DNA of 64,000 nucleotides from Nitrososphaerota archaeon (GTDB lineage Archaea; Thermoproteota; Nitrososphaeria_A; Caldarchaeales; JAVZCJ01): NCBI GenBank assembly GCA_038874475.1, contig JAVZCJ010000002.1, positions 12,964 to 76,963 of the forward strand, read 5' to 3'. Shown piece by piece: positions 26,101 to 35,990 of this stretch (position 1 is its first letter; each line of letters starts with the position of its first letter). The notes under the pieces were generated by a model. It saw only the letters and a program-made list of their open reading frames with translations, ran no database searches and was not told where the DNA came from. The position numbers and the translations under genes were made by a program.

Positions 26101-27858
26101 ATGGATTTCTCTATTTTAGCAGATTTTTATGAAAAAATAGAATCTACTACAAAAAGGCTTGAAATGACTGATTATTTAGTTGAATTATTTAAAAAATCTG
26201 ATAAAAAAATTATAGATAAAGTAGCTTATTTAACACTTGGAGAAATATATCCTCCATATGTTGGTTTAGAACTTGGTTTAGCTGATAAACTTGCAATTAA
26301 AGCTATTAGTTTAGCTACTGGTGTTACTGAAGAAAAAATTGAAAAAGAATATAAAAAATTGGGAGATTTAGGTAAAGTAACTGAAAAATTTATTTCTTCA
26401 AAAAAAGTAGCTTCTCTTTTTCAAGAACCATTAACTGTTGAAAAAGTCTATGAAAATTTAGAAGAAATATGTAAAGCTACTGGAAAAGGAGCTCAAGAAA
26501 AAAAGATAAATATTTTTGCTGGAATGTTAGCAAATGCTTCTCCTAAAGAAGCAAGGTATTTAGCTAGAATGGCAACTGGTAGACTTAGACTTGGAATAGC
26601 TGATATGACTTTACTCGACGCTCTTGCAATTGCTTTTGCTGGAAGTAAAGAATATAGAGAAATGATAGAAAGAGCATATAATTTATCAGCTGATATAGGT
26701 TATGTAGCTAAAAAATTAGCTGAAGGAGGAATGGAAGCTATAAAGAAATTTAAAATAACTATAGGTAAGCCTATTAAAGTTCAATTAGCTGAAAGACTTC
26801 CAACTATAGAAGAAATTCTTGAAAAAATGAATGGGAAAGCTAGTGCAGAATTTAAATATGATGGAATGAGAATGCAAGCTCATATAGATCAAAAAAAGAT
26901 AATCTTATTTTCTAGAAGAGAAGAAAATATTACTAGTCAATTTCCAGATGTTGTTAAAGCATTAAGAGAAGCAATAAAAGCTAAAGAAGCAATTGTCGAT
27001 GGAGAAGCTGTGCCAATAGACCCTCACACTGGTGATTTTCTACCATTCCAAGTAGTATCTCAAAGAAGAGGTAGAAAATATGAGCTTGAAAAAATGGTTG
27101 AAGAAATTCCAGTTTGTTTATTCTTATTTGATTTATTATATTTAAATGGTGAAGATTATACTGATAAACCATATCTTGAAAGAAGGAAAAAATTAAAAGA
27201 AATAGTAAAAGAAACTGATAAAGTTAAACTTGCTGAGTATATAGTATCAGATGATCTAAAAGAAATTGAGAAATTTTTCTTAGAATCTATTCAAAAAGGT
27301 GGAGAAGGATTAATTTTTAAATCTATTGCTCCAGATTCTTTTTATGAAGCAGGAAAAAGAGGTTTTAAATGGATAAAGCTTAAGCGTTCTTATCAATCAA
27401 AAATGGCTGATACTGTAGATTTAGTTATTGTAGGTGGTTTTAGAGGTAGAGGAAAAAGAGCTGGAACTTATGGTGCATTATTAATGGCTGCATATAACCC
27501 TAAAATGGATAGGTTTGAAACAGTATGTAAGCTTGGAAGTGGTTTTACTGATGAAGATTTAGAAAATCTTCCTAAAATCCTCTCTCCTTATAAAATTAAA
27601 CATAGGCATCCTAGAGTTAATGCTTTAATAGAACCTGATGAATGGTTTGTTCCAGCATTGGTTTTAGAAGTAATTGGAGATGAAATAACTTTAAGTCCTG
27701 TACACACATGTGCTTTTGGATCAATAAAAGAAGGGAGCGGTTTGGCTATTCGTTTTCCACGTTTAGTGAAATTTAGGGAAGAAAGGTCTCCTGAAGATGC
27801 TACAACGATTGATGAAATAATAGAAATGTATAAATCGCAATTAAAGAAAATTTCTTAA
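26101..27858 (+). CDS. lig: ATP-dependent DNA ligase
   Basis: 585 aa. Motif I KYDGMRMQAH (adenylation lysine), and further motifs EGLIFK and WIKLK. Confidence 0.9.
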   Translation: MDFSILADFYEKIESTTKRLEMTDYLVELFKKSDKKIIDKVAYLTLGEIYPPYVGLELGLADKLAIKAISLATGVTEEKIEKEYKKLGDLGKVTEKFISSKKVASLFQEPLTVEKVYENLEEICKATGKGAQEKKINIFAGMLANASPKEARYLARMATGRLRLGIADMTLLDALAIAFAGSKEYREMIERAYNLSADIGYVAKKLAEGGMEAIKKFKITIGKPIKVQLAERLPTIEEILEKMNGKASAEFKYDGMRMQAHIDQKKIILFSRREENITSQFPDVVKALREAIKAKEAIVDGEAVPIDPHTGDFLPFQVVSQRRGRKYELEKMVEEIPVCLFLFDLLYLNGEDYTDKPYLERRKKLKEIVKETDKVKLAEYIVSDDLKEIEKFFLESIQKGGEGLIFKSIAPDSFYEAGKRGFKWIKLKRSYQSKMADTVDLVIVGGFRGRGKRAGTYGALLMAAYNPKMDRFETVCKLGSGFTDEDLENLPKILSPYKIKHRHPRVNALIEPDEWFVPALVLEVIGDEITLSPVHTCAFGSIKEGSGLAIRFPRLVKFREERSPEDATTIDEIIEMYKSQLKKIS

Positions 27859-27862
27859 TTAT

Positions 27863-28789
27863 TTATTTTTCAATTTCCCTTAATAATGTTGCATAAATTA
27901 TTGGCAAATATAATGTTGCATCGCCTTCTACAGTAATATGTTTAGCACTCTCTTTTATTTTTCCCCAAGAAATTGCTTCATATGTTCTTGCACCAGATAA
28001 GCTACCATCATATTCTTGAGCAGTAGTTATATATACAGCATAATCTAAACCATTTTTAAATTGAGACCACCATATTACATGATGTTTTGATATTCCTCCT
28101 CCTATTATTAATCCACCCAATTTTTTTGCATTCCATACTAAATCGCTTAAAAATTGTTCATCTTCTAAAATATTTACTTTAAAATCTCTATGCATTTGAT
28201 AGAATTGCCATAATTGATATCCAATAGCACCATCTGTTATTCCAGGAACTATTATTGGAATATTATTTTTCCAAGACCAATATAAAATAGAATCTTCTTT
28301 TAATCTTTTACCAATTTCCCAACATAATTCATATGTTGATATTTCTTTCTTTTCATTATATATTTCTTTTAACCATTTGCTCATTCTTTCTTCAATTATT
28401 ATTCCATAAGAATCATTTGGAACTAAAATATTTCCAATTCTATTTATTCCTTTTTTATGAAGTTTTACATCATTCATTCTAAAACTTCCATGGTAATAAT
28501 TTTTAAAACTTCTAGCAACATCATGATCTAATGTTCCGCATGTTGTAACAATCACATTAAACCACTTTCTTTTTACCATTTCTTTTATTATTCCTCTATT
28601 TCCAGTAGCAATTATACATGCTGGAAATGATAAAAATTTTAAAGTTTCTTTATCATTTACCATCTCTTTAATAATTCTTATCGCTAAAGCAAATTTTTTA
28701 GCTGTAAAACCTCCACTCAATTCCATTTCTTTTATAATTTCATTAATATTAGTTTCTTCATCTATTTTTATATCTTCTACTTTCTTCAT
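27863..28789 (-). CDS. dys: Deoxyhypusine synthase
   Basis: 308 aa. GINRIGNILVPN, YAVYITTAQEYDGSLSGA and AISWGKI blocks match eukaryotic/archaeal deoxyhypusine synthase. Confidence 0.88.
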   Translation of the reverse strand: MKKVEDIKIDEETNINEIIKEMELSGGFTAKKFALAIRIIKEMVNDKETLKFLSFPACIIATGNRGIIKEMVKRKWFNVIVTTCGTLDHDVARSFKNYYHGSFRMNDVKLHKKGINRIGNILVPNDSYGIIIEERMSKWLKEIYNEKKEISTYELCWEIGKRLKEDSILYWSWKNNIPIIVPGITDGAIGYQLWQFYQMHRDFKVNILEDEQFLSDLVWNAKKLGGLIIGGGISKHHVIWWSQFKNGLDYAVYITTAQEYDGSLSGARTYEAISWGKIKESAKHITVEGDATLYLPIIYATLLREIEK

Positions 28790-28882
28790 ACGAATACCTC
28801 TTTTAATAGAAGTATAAGTATTTTTGCTAAATATTTTTCAAAATTTAAAAAATAGATATAAAAAATGCTAGAAAATAAAAAT

Positions 28883-29896
28883 TCAAACTTTCCATGCTGA
28901 AGGTATAGGTAAATCTTTCATTGTAAGCAAGCCTGCTGGTGCTTCTAATACTTTTGGTATTGAATTTATTATAATAGATACTGTGCCTATATCTCCATGC
29001 ACCCCTCCTATGATTCTTTCATGTATATTTGGCATACCCTCGATCAAAACTTCGTCATATTCTTCTTTTACATTAACATGTGAAATAAATTCTAATGTAA
29101 TAACTTCTTTATTTTTCATAATGCCATAAGCTATACTTTTCAAACCAGCCACATTTCCTATTTTCACAGTTGTATATTCTGTAACCCTTTCTTCTTCAGC
29201 TATTATTGGTTCAGGAGGCATTTCTTTAATTTCATCTAATTTCCAACCAATAGCAGATGCTATTAATGCTATCGATTCTACTAAGCCTACATGACCAGTA
29301 ATGAGCTTTTTATCAATTTTTTGTTTAAATTCTTCTAATGTTAAGCCTACACCAATTTTTTTCTGATATGCTATACGACGTTTTCCAGCATCCATCATTC
29401 TAACTACTTTAATCTTATAAACTTCTTGACATAATGCTGTAAGCATAATAGGCAAACTATCCATAAGATAGCCAGGATTAATACCTGTTCCAAGAACGGT
29501 TACATCATATTTTTTTGCAAGATTATTCAATTTTTTAGCTAATTCAGGATGTCTATAATATGGATAAGAAAGTTGTTCGCATGTAGATATTACATTCATA
29601 CCGGCTTTTACACATTCTTTTATTTGTGGATAAGCAAGTTTAAAATCGGATACTGTAGCATGTATAACTATATCTCCTTTTATATTAGAAAATAGCTTTT
29701 TAGGATTATCCATCACTTTAATTTTAAGCTTCTTATTTAAAGCAAGTACGTCACCCAAATCTTTTCCTACAATATCTTTTGCTATATCGATTGCACCAAC
29801 TATTTTTACTCCTTCTTTCTTAATTAATGCTTTCCCAATATTTCTCCCAATCTCTCCTAAGCCATATAAGATTACTTTAATCATATGGCTCAACAC
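28883..29896 (-). CDS. DapB-N-domain NAD(P)-dependent oxidoreductase (2,4-diaminopentanoate dehydrogenase / amine dehydrogenase-like family)
   Basis: 337 aa. N-terminal Rossmann VILYGLGEIGRNIGKAL, with overall length and layout like the DapB-like amine dehydrogenases. Confidence 0.45.
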   Translation of the reverse strand: MLSHMIKVILYGLGEIGRNIGKALIKKEGVKIVGAIDIAKDIVGKDLGDVLALNKKLKIKVMDNPKKLFSNIKGDIVIHATVSDFKLAYPQIKECVKAGMNVISTCEQLSYPYYRHPELAKKLNNLAKKYDVTVLGTGINPGYLMDSLPIMLTALCQEVYKIKVVRMMDAGKRRIAYQKKIGVGLTLEEFKQKIDKKLITGHVGLVESIALIASAIGWKLDEIKEMPPEPIIAEEERVTEYTTVKIGNVAGLKSIAYGIMKNKEVITLEFISHVNVKEEYDEVLIEGMPNIHERIIGGVHGDIGTVSIIINSIPKVLEAPAGLLTMKDLPIPSAWKV

Positions 29897-30128
29897 CTAT
29901 TTATCTTAATATTTTTATTTAGTAATGTTTTTAATGTTTTCGTTTAATAATTTTTCATTTTTAGAAATTGTCGAACAATTTTTCAATTATCCTAATTTTA
30001 AAAAATTTATATTGAAAATTTTAGGATATTTCGCTTTAAAGCACTACTTTTATATACCTTATCTTAAAAATTTTTTACCAAAAACTAAATATATTATGAT
30101 AATTAATGATAATAATAGAAAATAGAGA

Positions 30129-31193
30129 ATGTATAAAGCTTACTCTAGAATATTCATATTTGCATTTATAATACTTATATTGCTTAATATTATTTATCAA
30201 TCTTTTTGTTTAGAAGAATTTGAAGAAACAATAACTTATAGTATAATGATTTATTCAGATGGTTCAGCTTTTTGGAAAATAGAACATAGATTTAGATTAA
30301 AAACAAAAGAAGATGAGCTTGCTTTTTATAATTTTACAAAAACTTATAGGAAAGAAGTTTTTCTTTCAGATTTTATAAATAAAACAGAACATATTATTAG
30401 AAAAGCAAGTGAAATAACTGGAAGAAATATGGAAGCTCAAAAATATGATTTTAGAGTTTATAATTTAACTCTTCCAACAATTTCTTTTGGAATACTTGAA
30501 TATAGCTTTAAATGGATTAATTTTGCAAAAATTGAAGAAAATCATATTTGTATTGGAGATATTTTTTCAGGAGGTTTTTATCTTGCAAAAAATGATATTC
30601 TTGAAATAATTTTACCTGAAAATTATAATATAATTTCTTTAAATCCAGAAGAAGATAAAATTGAAGGTAGAAAATTAATTTGGTATGGTCCAAGAAATTT
30701 TGAATCAAATTGTCCTGAAATAATTTTATCCTATTTTATTGAAACTACTACTCAAATACAAACTTCTACTCCTACAATTTCTACAGCTATTGAGGAAACT
30801 TTCACAACTTCTAAAATAACATCAGAAGCTTATACTACAGAAGAAACTACTTTTCAAACATCAACATTAATAACTACAACTCCAATTGAAGTAGGCGGCA
30901 TACCAACATTAACTATATTATTTATAACATTAATTGCTTTATCATTAGTAGCTTCTTTTCCAATAATTAAACGTATAAGAGCAAAGCCTACTTTAGAAGA
31001 TTTAAGAGCAGATGAAGAATTAATTATAAGGCTTTTAAGAGAAGCAGGTGGAACATTGTCTCAATCAGATATAAAAAAGAAAACAGGTTTTTCAAAAGCT
31101 AAAACAAGCATGGTTCTTAAATCTTTACATCAAAAAGGATTAATAGAAAAAACTAGAAGAGGAAGAGAACAAATAATAACTCTTAAATATTAA
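30129..31193 (+). CDS. Membrane-tethered transcription regulator: N-terminal signal-anchor, extracellular domain, Thr-rich linker, TM helix, cytoplasmic C-terminal winged HTH
   Basis: 354 aa. TM1 IFIFAFIILILLNIIY. Thr-rich stalk TTTQIQTSTPTISTAIEETFTTSKITSEAYTTEETTFQTSTLITTT. TM2 IPTLTILFITLIALSLVASFPII followed by KRIRAK. C-terminal wHTH EELIIRLLREAGGTLSQSDIKKKTGFSKAKTSMVLKSLHQKGLIEKTRRGRE. Confidence 0.55.
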   Translation: MYKAYSRIFIFAFIILILLNIIYQSFCLEEFEETITYSIMIYSDGSAFWKIEHRFRLKTKEDELAFYNFTKTYRKEVFLSDFINKTEHIIRKASEITGRNMEAQKYDFRVYNLTLPTISFGILEYSFKWINFAKIEENHICIGDIFSGGFYLAKNDILEIILPENYNIISLNPEEDKIEGRKLIWYGPRNFESNCPEIILSYFIETTTQIQTSTPTISTAIEETFTTSKITSEAYTTEETTFQTSTLITTTPIEVGGIPTLTILFITLIALSLVASFPIIKRIRAKPTLEDLRADEELIIRLLREAGGTLSQSDIKKKTGFSKAKTSMVLKSLHQKGLIEKTRRGREQIITLKY

Positions 31194-32213
31194 TCACTTA
31201 CCCTTTCCTTTATCTTCTTTAGTTTTAGTAGTTTCAGTCTTCTTAGTTTGTCCTGGAGGTATTTTAGTAGTTTCAGTTTGAACTGTTGTAGTTTTCTTAG
31301 TTTGTCCTGGAGGTATTTTAGTTTTTGTTTGCATGATTTGTGTTTTAATTTCTTCTTTTACTTTATCTAATTCTTCTTTGAATTCATCATGAATTCTTTT
31401 TCTTTCTTCTATCATTCCTCTTAAATCATCTGAAAAATCTTTTGAGATATCTCCAAGTAGATGACCTAATTTTTCATTAGAATTTCTAATTTCTGAAAGT
31501 TTGCTTCTTAAAATTTCCATTTGAAATATGAATTCTCCTTCATCAATGATACCATTAGTTAAATTTTCTTCCAATTCTCTCATTTCTTCTTTTATTTCTA
31601 AAAATCTTTGTTTAAGATCATTTTGATATGCCTCTATTGTATTTAATTTATCAACATGTTTTTGAAGTACAAGTAATTTATGTTCAAAAATCCAAAATGA
31701 AATTTCTTCTTTATGTTCTTCAATAACTTCATGTATGCTTAATGAAAGAAGTTTTCCTAATGATAACTCATATTCTTCTGTAGTTTCACTGGTTTCAATA
31801 ATAGTTGCAGTTATAGTTATTTCCGCTTTTCTTCTATATACTGCTATTATGCTTCCACTATTATTCGTAACTCTAATAATATTAGCTTGTTGTTTTTCAC
31901 TTGATTTTAATTCTCCACCTTTAACTTCCCAATGATCAAAAACATATTCTTCTTCAGGCATATATCCTATAACATAAAGCCCCTCAATTTTTAATTCTAT
32001 TTTTTCATCATAAGGCAACTCGTGAGGAGTGCCATCTATAACTATTATTCCAAGATTTTCTGAACTATCACCTAATTCACGTGATCCTATTTGAAAACCA
32101 ATTTCTTCATTTGAATTATTTTCAGAAAAAGCAGTATCAATTATGCTAGCACTAGCATAGTTAAATAACAATAAAAAAACTAGAGTTAGTACTATCAATG
32201 ATGCTTGTTTCAT
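31194..32213 (-). CDS. Secreted coiled-coil protein with C-terminal KIPPGQTKKT tandem repeats
   Basis: 339 aa. Signal peptide. Central heptad-rich E/K region. A duplicated TKIPPGQTKKT(E)TT motif. Convergent with 30129..31193, with abutting stop codons. Confidence 0.4.
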   Translation of the reverse strand: MKQASLIVLTLVFLLLFNYASASIIDTAFSENNSNEEIGFQIGSRELGDSSENLGIIVIDGTPHELPYDEKIELKIEGLYVIGYMPEEEYVFDHWEVKGGELKSSEKQQANIIRVTNNSGSIIAVYRRKAEITITATIIETSETTEEYELSLGKLLSLSIHEVIEEHKEEISFWIFEHKLLVLQKHVDKLNTIEAYQNDLKQRFLEIKEEMRELEENLTNGIIDEGEFIFQMEILRSKLSEIRNSNEKLGHLLGDISKDFSDDLRGMIEERKRIHDEFKEELDKVKEEIKTQIMQTKTKIPPGQTKKTTTVQTETTKIPPGQTKKTETTKTKEDKGKGK

Positions 32214-32400
32214 TTTTTTCTAATAGTATTACATAAATAATATTATATATATTTTAAATTCAGCTTTCTTTTATTAATAGTTTTTAAAAGTTTAATTTCG
32301 TTTCTAACGGTTTTACAAAAAGTATAGAACATTACAATAATTTTTATAGAAAAATTTTTTATTATCTCTTCATCATATAAAATTATTAAATTGAAAATTT

Positions 32401-33228
32401 TTAATTCATTCTTTCTTTCAAATAACTTTCTGCAAATTCTAAAAGAGTAGAATATATCAAATTGGGCCTACATTCTTCTGGATAATCTTCAATTCTTTTT
32501 GAAATTGATACTCCTGAAAGAACAAGTATTCCCACACATCCTGCTCTTCTAGCCATTAAAATATCTGTTTCAGGTCTATCACCAATGATTCCACATTTTT
32601 CTTTACTTTCATTTGCTATAGAAAGAGCAGTTTCAAGGAAGTATAAATTTGGTTTTCCAAGAATTATAGGTTTTATTTTTGTAGAAGTTTCAAGAAATGA
32701 AACTAATGCACCTGCACCTGGAAGATCTCCATTTTCAATAGGTAAAGTAGCATCTGTATTTGTTGCTATAAAATCAGCTCCGTTTTTAATGAATCTATGA
32801 GCTGCTACTAATTTTTTATAATTAATTTTTTTGTCCATTCCTATAATTACAGCATCACATTTTTCAGAATTTTCATCAATAATTTTTACTTTGGTATTTT
32901 TTATTTCTTCAAAAAGTCCCTTTTCGCCTATAACATATATTTCTTTATATTTTTCAGATAAAATATATTGAGCTGCACAATATCCTGAAGTTAAAATATT
33001 TTCTAATTCTAAATCAATGCCATGCTTTTTGAAAAAATTTAAAAGCTGTTTCCTACTTCTAGTAGAATTATTAGTAGCAATCATTATTTTTGCTCCGCTA
33101 TCTTTTAATAAAGACAAAGCTTTTTGAGTCCCTTCAATAATTTTTTCTCCTCTCAAAATTACTCCATCTATATCTATTAAAAAGAAAGAGATTCTATTCA
33201 TGCTCATCTTTAATTCAAAAAACAACAT
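32401..33228 (-). CDS. HAD-superfamily hydrolase subfamily IIA (NagD-like sugar-phosphate phosphatase)
   Basis: FLIDIDGVILRG motif I (DxDGV), a TNNS motif II, and a C-terminal GD motif (IGDRPETDI). Confidence 0.75.
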   Translation of the reverse strand: MLFFELKMSMNRISFFLIDIDGVILRGEKIIEGTQKALSLLKDSGAKIMIATNNSTRSRKQLLNFFKKHGIDLELENILTSGYCAAQYILSEKYKEIYVIGEKGLFEEIKNTKVKIIDENSEKCDAVIIGMDKKINYKKLVAAHRFIKNGADFIATNTDATLPIENGDLPGAGALVSFLETSTKIKPIILGKPNLYFLETALSIANESKEKCGIIGDRPETDILMARRAGCVGILVLSGVSISKRIEDYPEECRPNLIYSTLLEFAESYLKERMN

Positions 33229-33271
33229 TTACTAAAATATAAAAATATATTTAAAATAAAAAATAAGAGAA

Positions 33272-34267
33272 TTATTTAAATGCTTTAATTACTTCTCCAT
33301 ATAGTTTTATTGATTTTTTTACTTCTGGACCAATAGGAGAACCTGCAACTATTTGTGTAACACCCATTTTTTTAAGCTCATTAAATTTTTCTATTATTTG
33401 TTCAGGAGTGCCTGCAATAGCAAATTCATTTAGCATTTTTTCATCAACAAGCGATAATGCTTTACCAAATTCTCCTTTACTTATAGCATTACTTATTTCT
33501 GAAGCTTTCGAAATATCTATGCCATGCCTTTCAAGTATTGCTTGAGGAGAGCCTCCTACTATGAATGCGACTACAATTTTTACAGCTTCCTTAGCTTTTT
33601 CTTCATTTTCATCTATAGACAATGAAGTATATGCAACAATATCGAAGAAGTCGACTTTCTCTTCTCTCTTCTCCAAACTTTCTTTAATATATTCAGTCGC
33701 ATATTTAAAATCTATTGGATGAGATGCATTTATTAAAACTCCATCAGCAAAAGAACCAGCTAAAGCTAGCATTTTAGGTCCTTGAGCTCCAATGTATATT
33801 GGGATTTTTCTAAGCGGTTTATAATTTAATTTTGCATTTTTAACTTCGTATATTTTACCTTTAAAAGTTACTCTTTCTCCATTAAGCAATTTTTTCATTA
33901 TATACACTGCTTCATTAATTGTTTTTAAAGGTTCTTCCCATTTCACACCAATAGATTCAAGAGTAATTTTATCACCTGCTCCTATTCCTAATACTGCTCT
34001 TCCTTTTGATACTTCATCTATAGTAGCTATTGCTGAAGCTGTCCAACAAGGATTAATTACATATGGATTAGTTACACCTGTACCTAATTTAATACTATTG
34101 GTTGCGTAAGCCATTGCGGTTAAAGTTGCATAAACATTTCTATTATTATAATGATCAGTAACCCATACATAATCAACATTCACTTCTTCTGATAGTTTTG
34201 CATATTCTACTAGTTTTTCTATACTTTTAGCAGGTAAAAATTCTATTCCAAAACTTAATTTAGACAT
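33272..34267 (-). CDS. mer: F420-dependent luciferase-like oxidoreductase, closest in pattern to 5,10-methylene-H4MPT reductase (Mer)
   Basis: 331 aa. N-terminus MSKLSFGIEFLP...VWVTDHYNNRNVYATLTAMAYATNSIKLGTGVTNPY...GRAVLGIGAGD aligns block by block with Mer (MKFGIEFVP..WITDHYNNRDVY..IGPGVTN..GRAVLGLGPGD). Confidence 0.6.
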   Translation of the reverse strand: MSKLSFGIEFLPAKSIEKLVEYAKLSEEVNVDYVWVTDHYNNRNVYATLTAMAYATNSIKLGTGVTNPYVINPCWTASAIATIDEVSKGRAVLGIGAGDKITLESIGVKWEEPLKTINEAVYIMKKLLNGERVTFKGKIYEVKNAKLNYKPLRKIPIYIGAQGPKMLALAGSFADGVLINASHPIDFKYATEYIKESLEKREEKVDFFDIVAYTSLSIDENEEKAKEAVKIVVAFIVGGSPQAILERHGIDISKASEISNAISKGEFGKALSLVDEKMLNEFAIAGTPEQIIEKFNELKKMGVTQIVAGSPIGPEVKKSIKLYGEVIKAFK

Positions 34268-34369
34268 ATTTCACCACTTCCAATTATAAATAATCAATTC
34301 AAACGATAATAAAATATTTTTCTTATTATAGATTTATAAGCTGCATTTAAATAAATAATATGAGATTTA

Positions 34370-34639
34370 ATGCCAATTAGTAATAAGATCCATAATCTTA
34401 AAATAGCAATAAAAGGTTTTCTTTTAGGTGCTACTAATATATATGACATGATTCGGTATTTAGAAAGAAAAAAATTATGCGCTGACTATATGCTTATGTT
34501 ATCTCTTATGGGAGATATGCTTGGATATCCTATTTCTTCATATTATCGACTTAAATTGCTTCCTTATTATATACCTAAAATTCAATCTTGGAAACAATAT
34601 TTTCTTAAAGAAAGAGATATAATTGAAAAATTAGAATAA
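34370..34639 (+). CDS. Small conserved hypothetical protein, paralogue 1 (MGDMLG-YY-LLPY family)
   Basis: 89 aa. Shares L.LSLMGDMLGYPISSYYRLKLLPYYIPKIQSWKQYFLKERD with the next ORF. Confidence 0.45.
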   Translation: MPISNKIHNLKIAIKGFLLGATNIYDMIRYLERKKLCADYMLMLSLMGDMLGYPISSYYRLKLLPYYIPKIQSWKQYFLKERDIIEKLE

Positions 34640-34699
34640 ATAATGAGAAAATTAGAAATATTTATAAGTTAATTAAGTTAATTTATAAAATAGATTTTT

Positions 34700-34981
34700 A
34701 TGGTTGAAAAGAAGGAAGAAAAGAAGGAAGGAGAAGTAAAAAAAGCAGTTAAAGGTTTAGTATACGGTATGGCTATGCATGGAATGGTTACTTATGCATT
34801 AAAAACAAGAATGCATTTAGAAAATCTTTTTATGTTAATAACTATGGGAGATATGCTTGGTGTCCCAGTGCTTCCACCTTATTATTCTTTAAGATTATTG
34901 CCATATGCCGTTCCACATATAAAAACTTGGAAAAGAACATTATTAAGAGAACGTGATGTTACAGACACTATTTTTGCATAG
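34700..34981 (+). CDS. Small conserved hypothetical protein, paralogue 2
   Basis: 93 aa. ITMGDMLGVPVLPPYYSLRLLPYAVPHIKTWKRTLLRERD is clearly paralogous to 34370..34639. Confidence 0.45.
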   Translation: MVEKKEEKKEGEVKKAVKGLVYGMAMHGMVTYALKTRMHLENLFMLITMGDMLGVPVLPPYYSLRLLPYAVPHIKTWKRTLLRERDVTDTIFA

Positions 34982-34993
34982 AGGTGCTACTAT

Positions 34994-35977
34994 TTGTCAA
35001 TAACTATATCTATTAAACAATATCTTAAATCTAATCCAAACATTAAATATATTTTATTTGGAGGAAAAGGTGGGTTAGGAAAAACAACTCTTTCTGCAGC
35101 AACTTCTTATTGGTTAGCAAAACAAGGGAAGAAAGTTGTAGTATTTTCAACAGACCCTCAAGCTAGTCTTACTGATATATTTGAAAGAAATATTTTTGGT
35201 AAAGGGGAAGTTGAAATTGCTCCAAACCTTTTTGCTTTAGAAATCGATGCTGATAAAAAAATAGAAATGTATCAAGAAGAAATTCGAAAAAAGATTATAG
35301 ATATGTATGGAGAAGTACCAAAAGAAGTAGATGATTATATTAAATCATGTGCAGCAGAACCAGCAATGGCTGAATCTGCAACTTTTGATGCTATGGTAGA
35401 ATTGATGACAAGTGGTGCATATGATTATTATATATTTGATATGATGCCACATGGGCATGCTATTCGTTTTTTAAGCATGGCAGAAGTTTTAGATACATGG
35501 GTTGATAAAATTGTTGAAACACGTAAAAAAGCTGATGAATATGGAGATGTAGCTTCAGTTCTTAGTGGAAAAGGGGGACTTGCTCAAGAAGATAAGATTT
35601 TAGAAGAATTAGAATTTATAAGGTCTAGATTAGATTTTGTTAGTAATATGATGAAAGATAAAGAACATACAGCATTCTTCTATGTTTTAATACCAGAGCA
35701 AATGCCTATATTAGATACGAAGAAAGCTTTAGAAATATTTAGAGCATTTAATATTCCATTAAGCGGAATAATAATAAATCAAGTTTATCCAATTGAATTA
35801 TTAAATCAACCAAATGTCCCATCTCTTTTAAAAAATAAGATATTAATGCAACAAAAATACATGAAAATAATAAAGGAAGAATTTGGACCATTAATTAGAG
35901 GAGTGGTTCCTATGTTTGACCGTGAACCTAAAGGTCTTGAAATGATATCCAAAGTAGCAGAAACCCTTTTTGAATAA
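34994..35977 (+). CDS. ArsA/Get3-family P-loop ATPase, copy 1
   Basis: 327 aa. Deviant Walker A FGGKGGLGKTT, and the ArsA-family motifs STDPQASL, DMMPHGHAIRFL and NQV. No Get3 CxxC. Confidence 0.75.
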   Translation: MSITISIKQYLKSNPNIKYILFGGKGGLGKTTLSAATSYWLAKQGKKVVVFSTDPQASLTDIFERNIFGKGEVEIAPNLFALEIDADKKIEMYQEEIRKKIIDMYGEVPKEVDDYIKSCAAEPAMAESATFDAMVELMTSGAYDYYIFDMMPHGHAIRFLSMAEVLDTWVDKIVETRKKADEYGDVASVLSGKGGLAQEDKILEELEFIRSRLDFVSNMMKDKEHTAFFYVLIPEQMPILDTKKALEIFRAFNIPLSGIIINQVYPIELLNQPNVPSLLKNKILMQQKYMKIIKEEFGPLIRGVVPMFDREPKGLEMISKVAETLFE

Positions 35978-35990
35978 AAAGTGATTTAAC

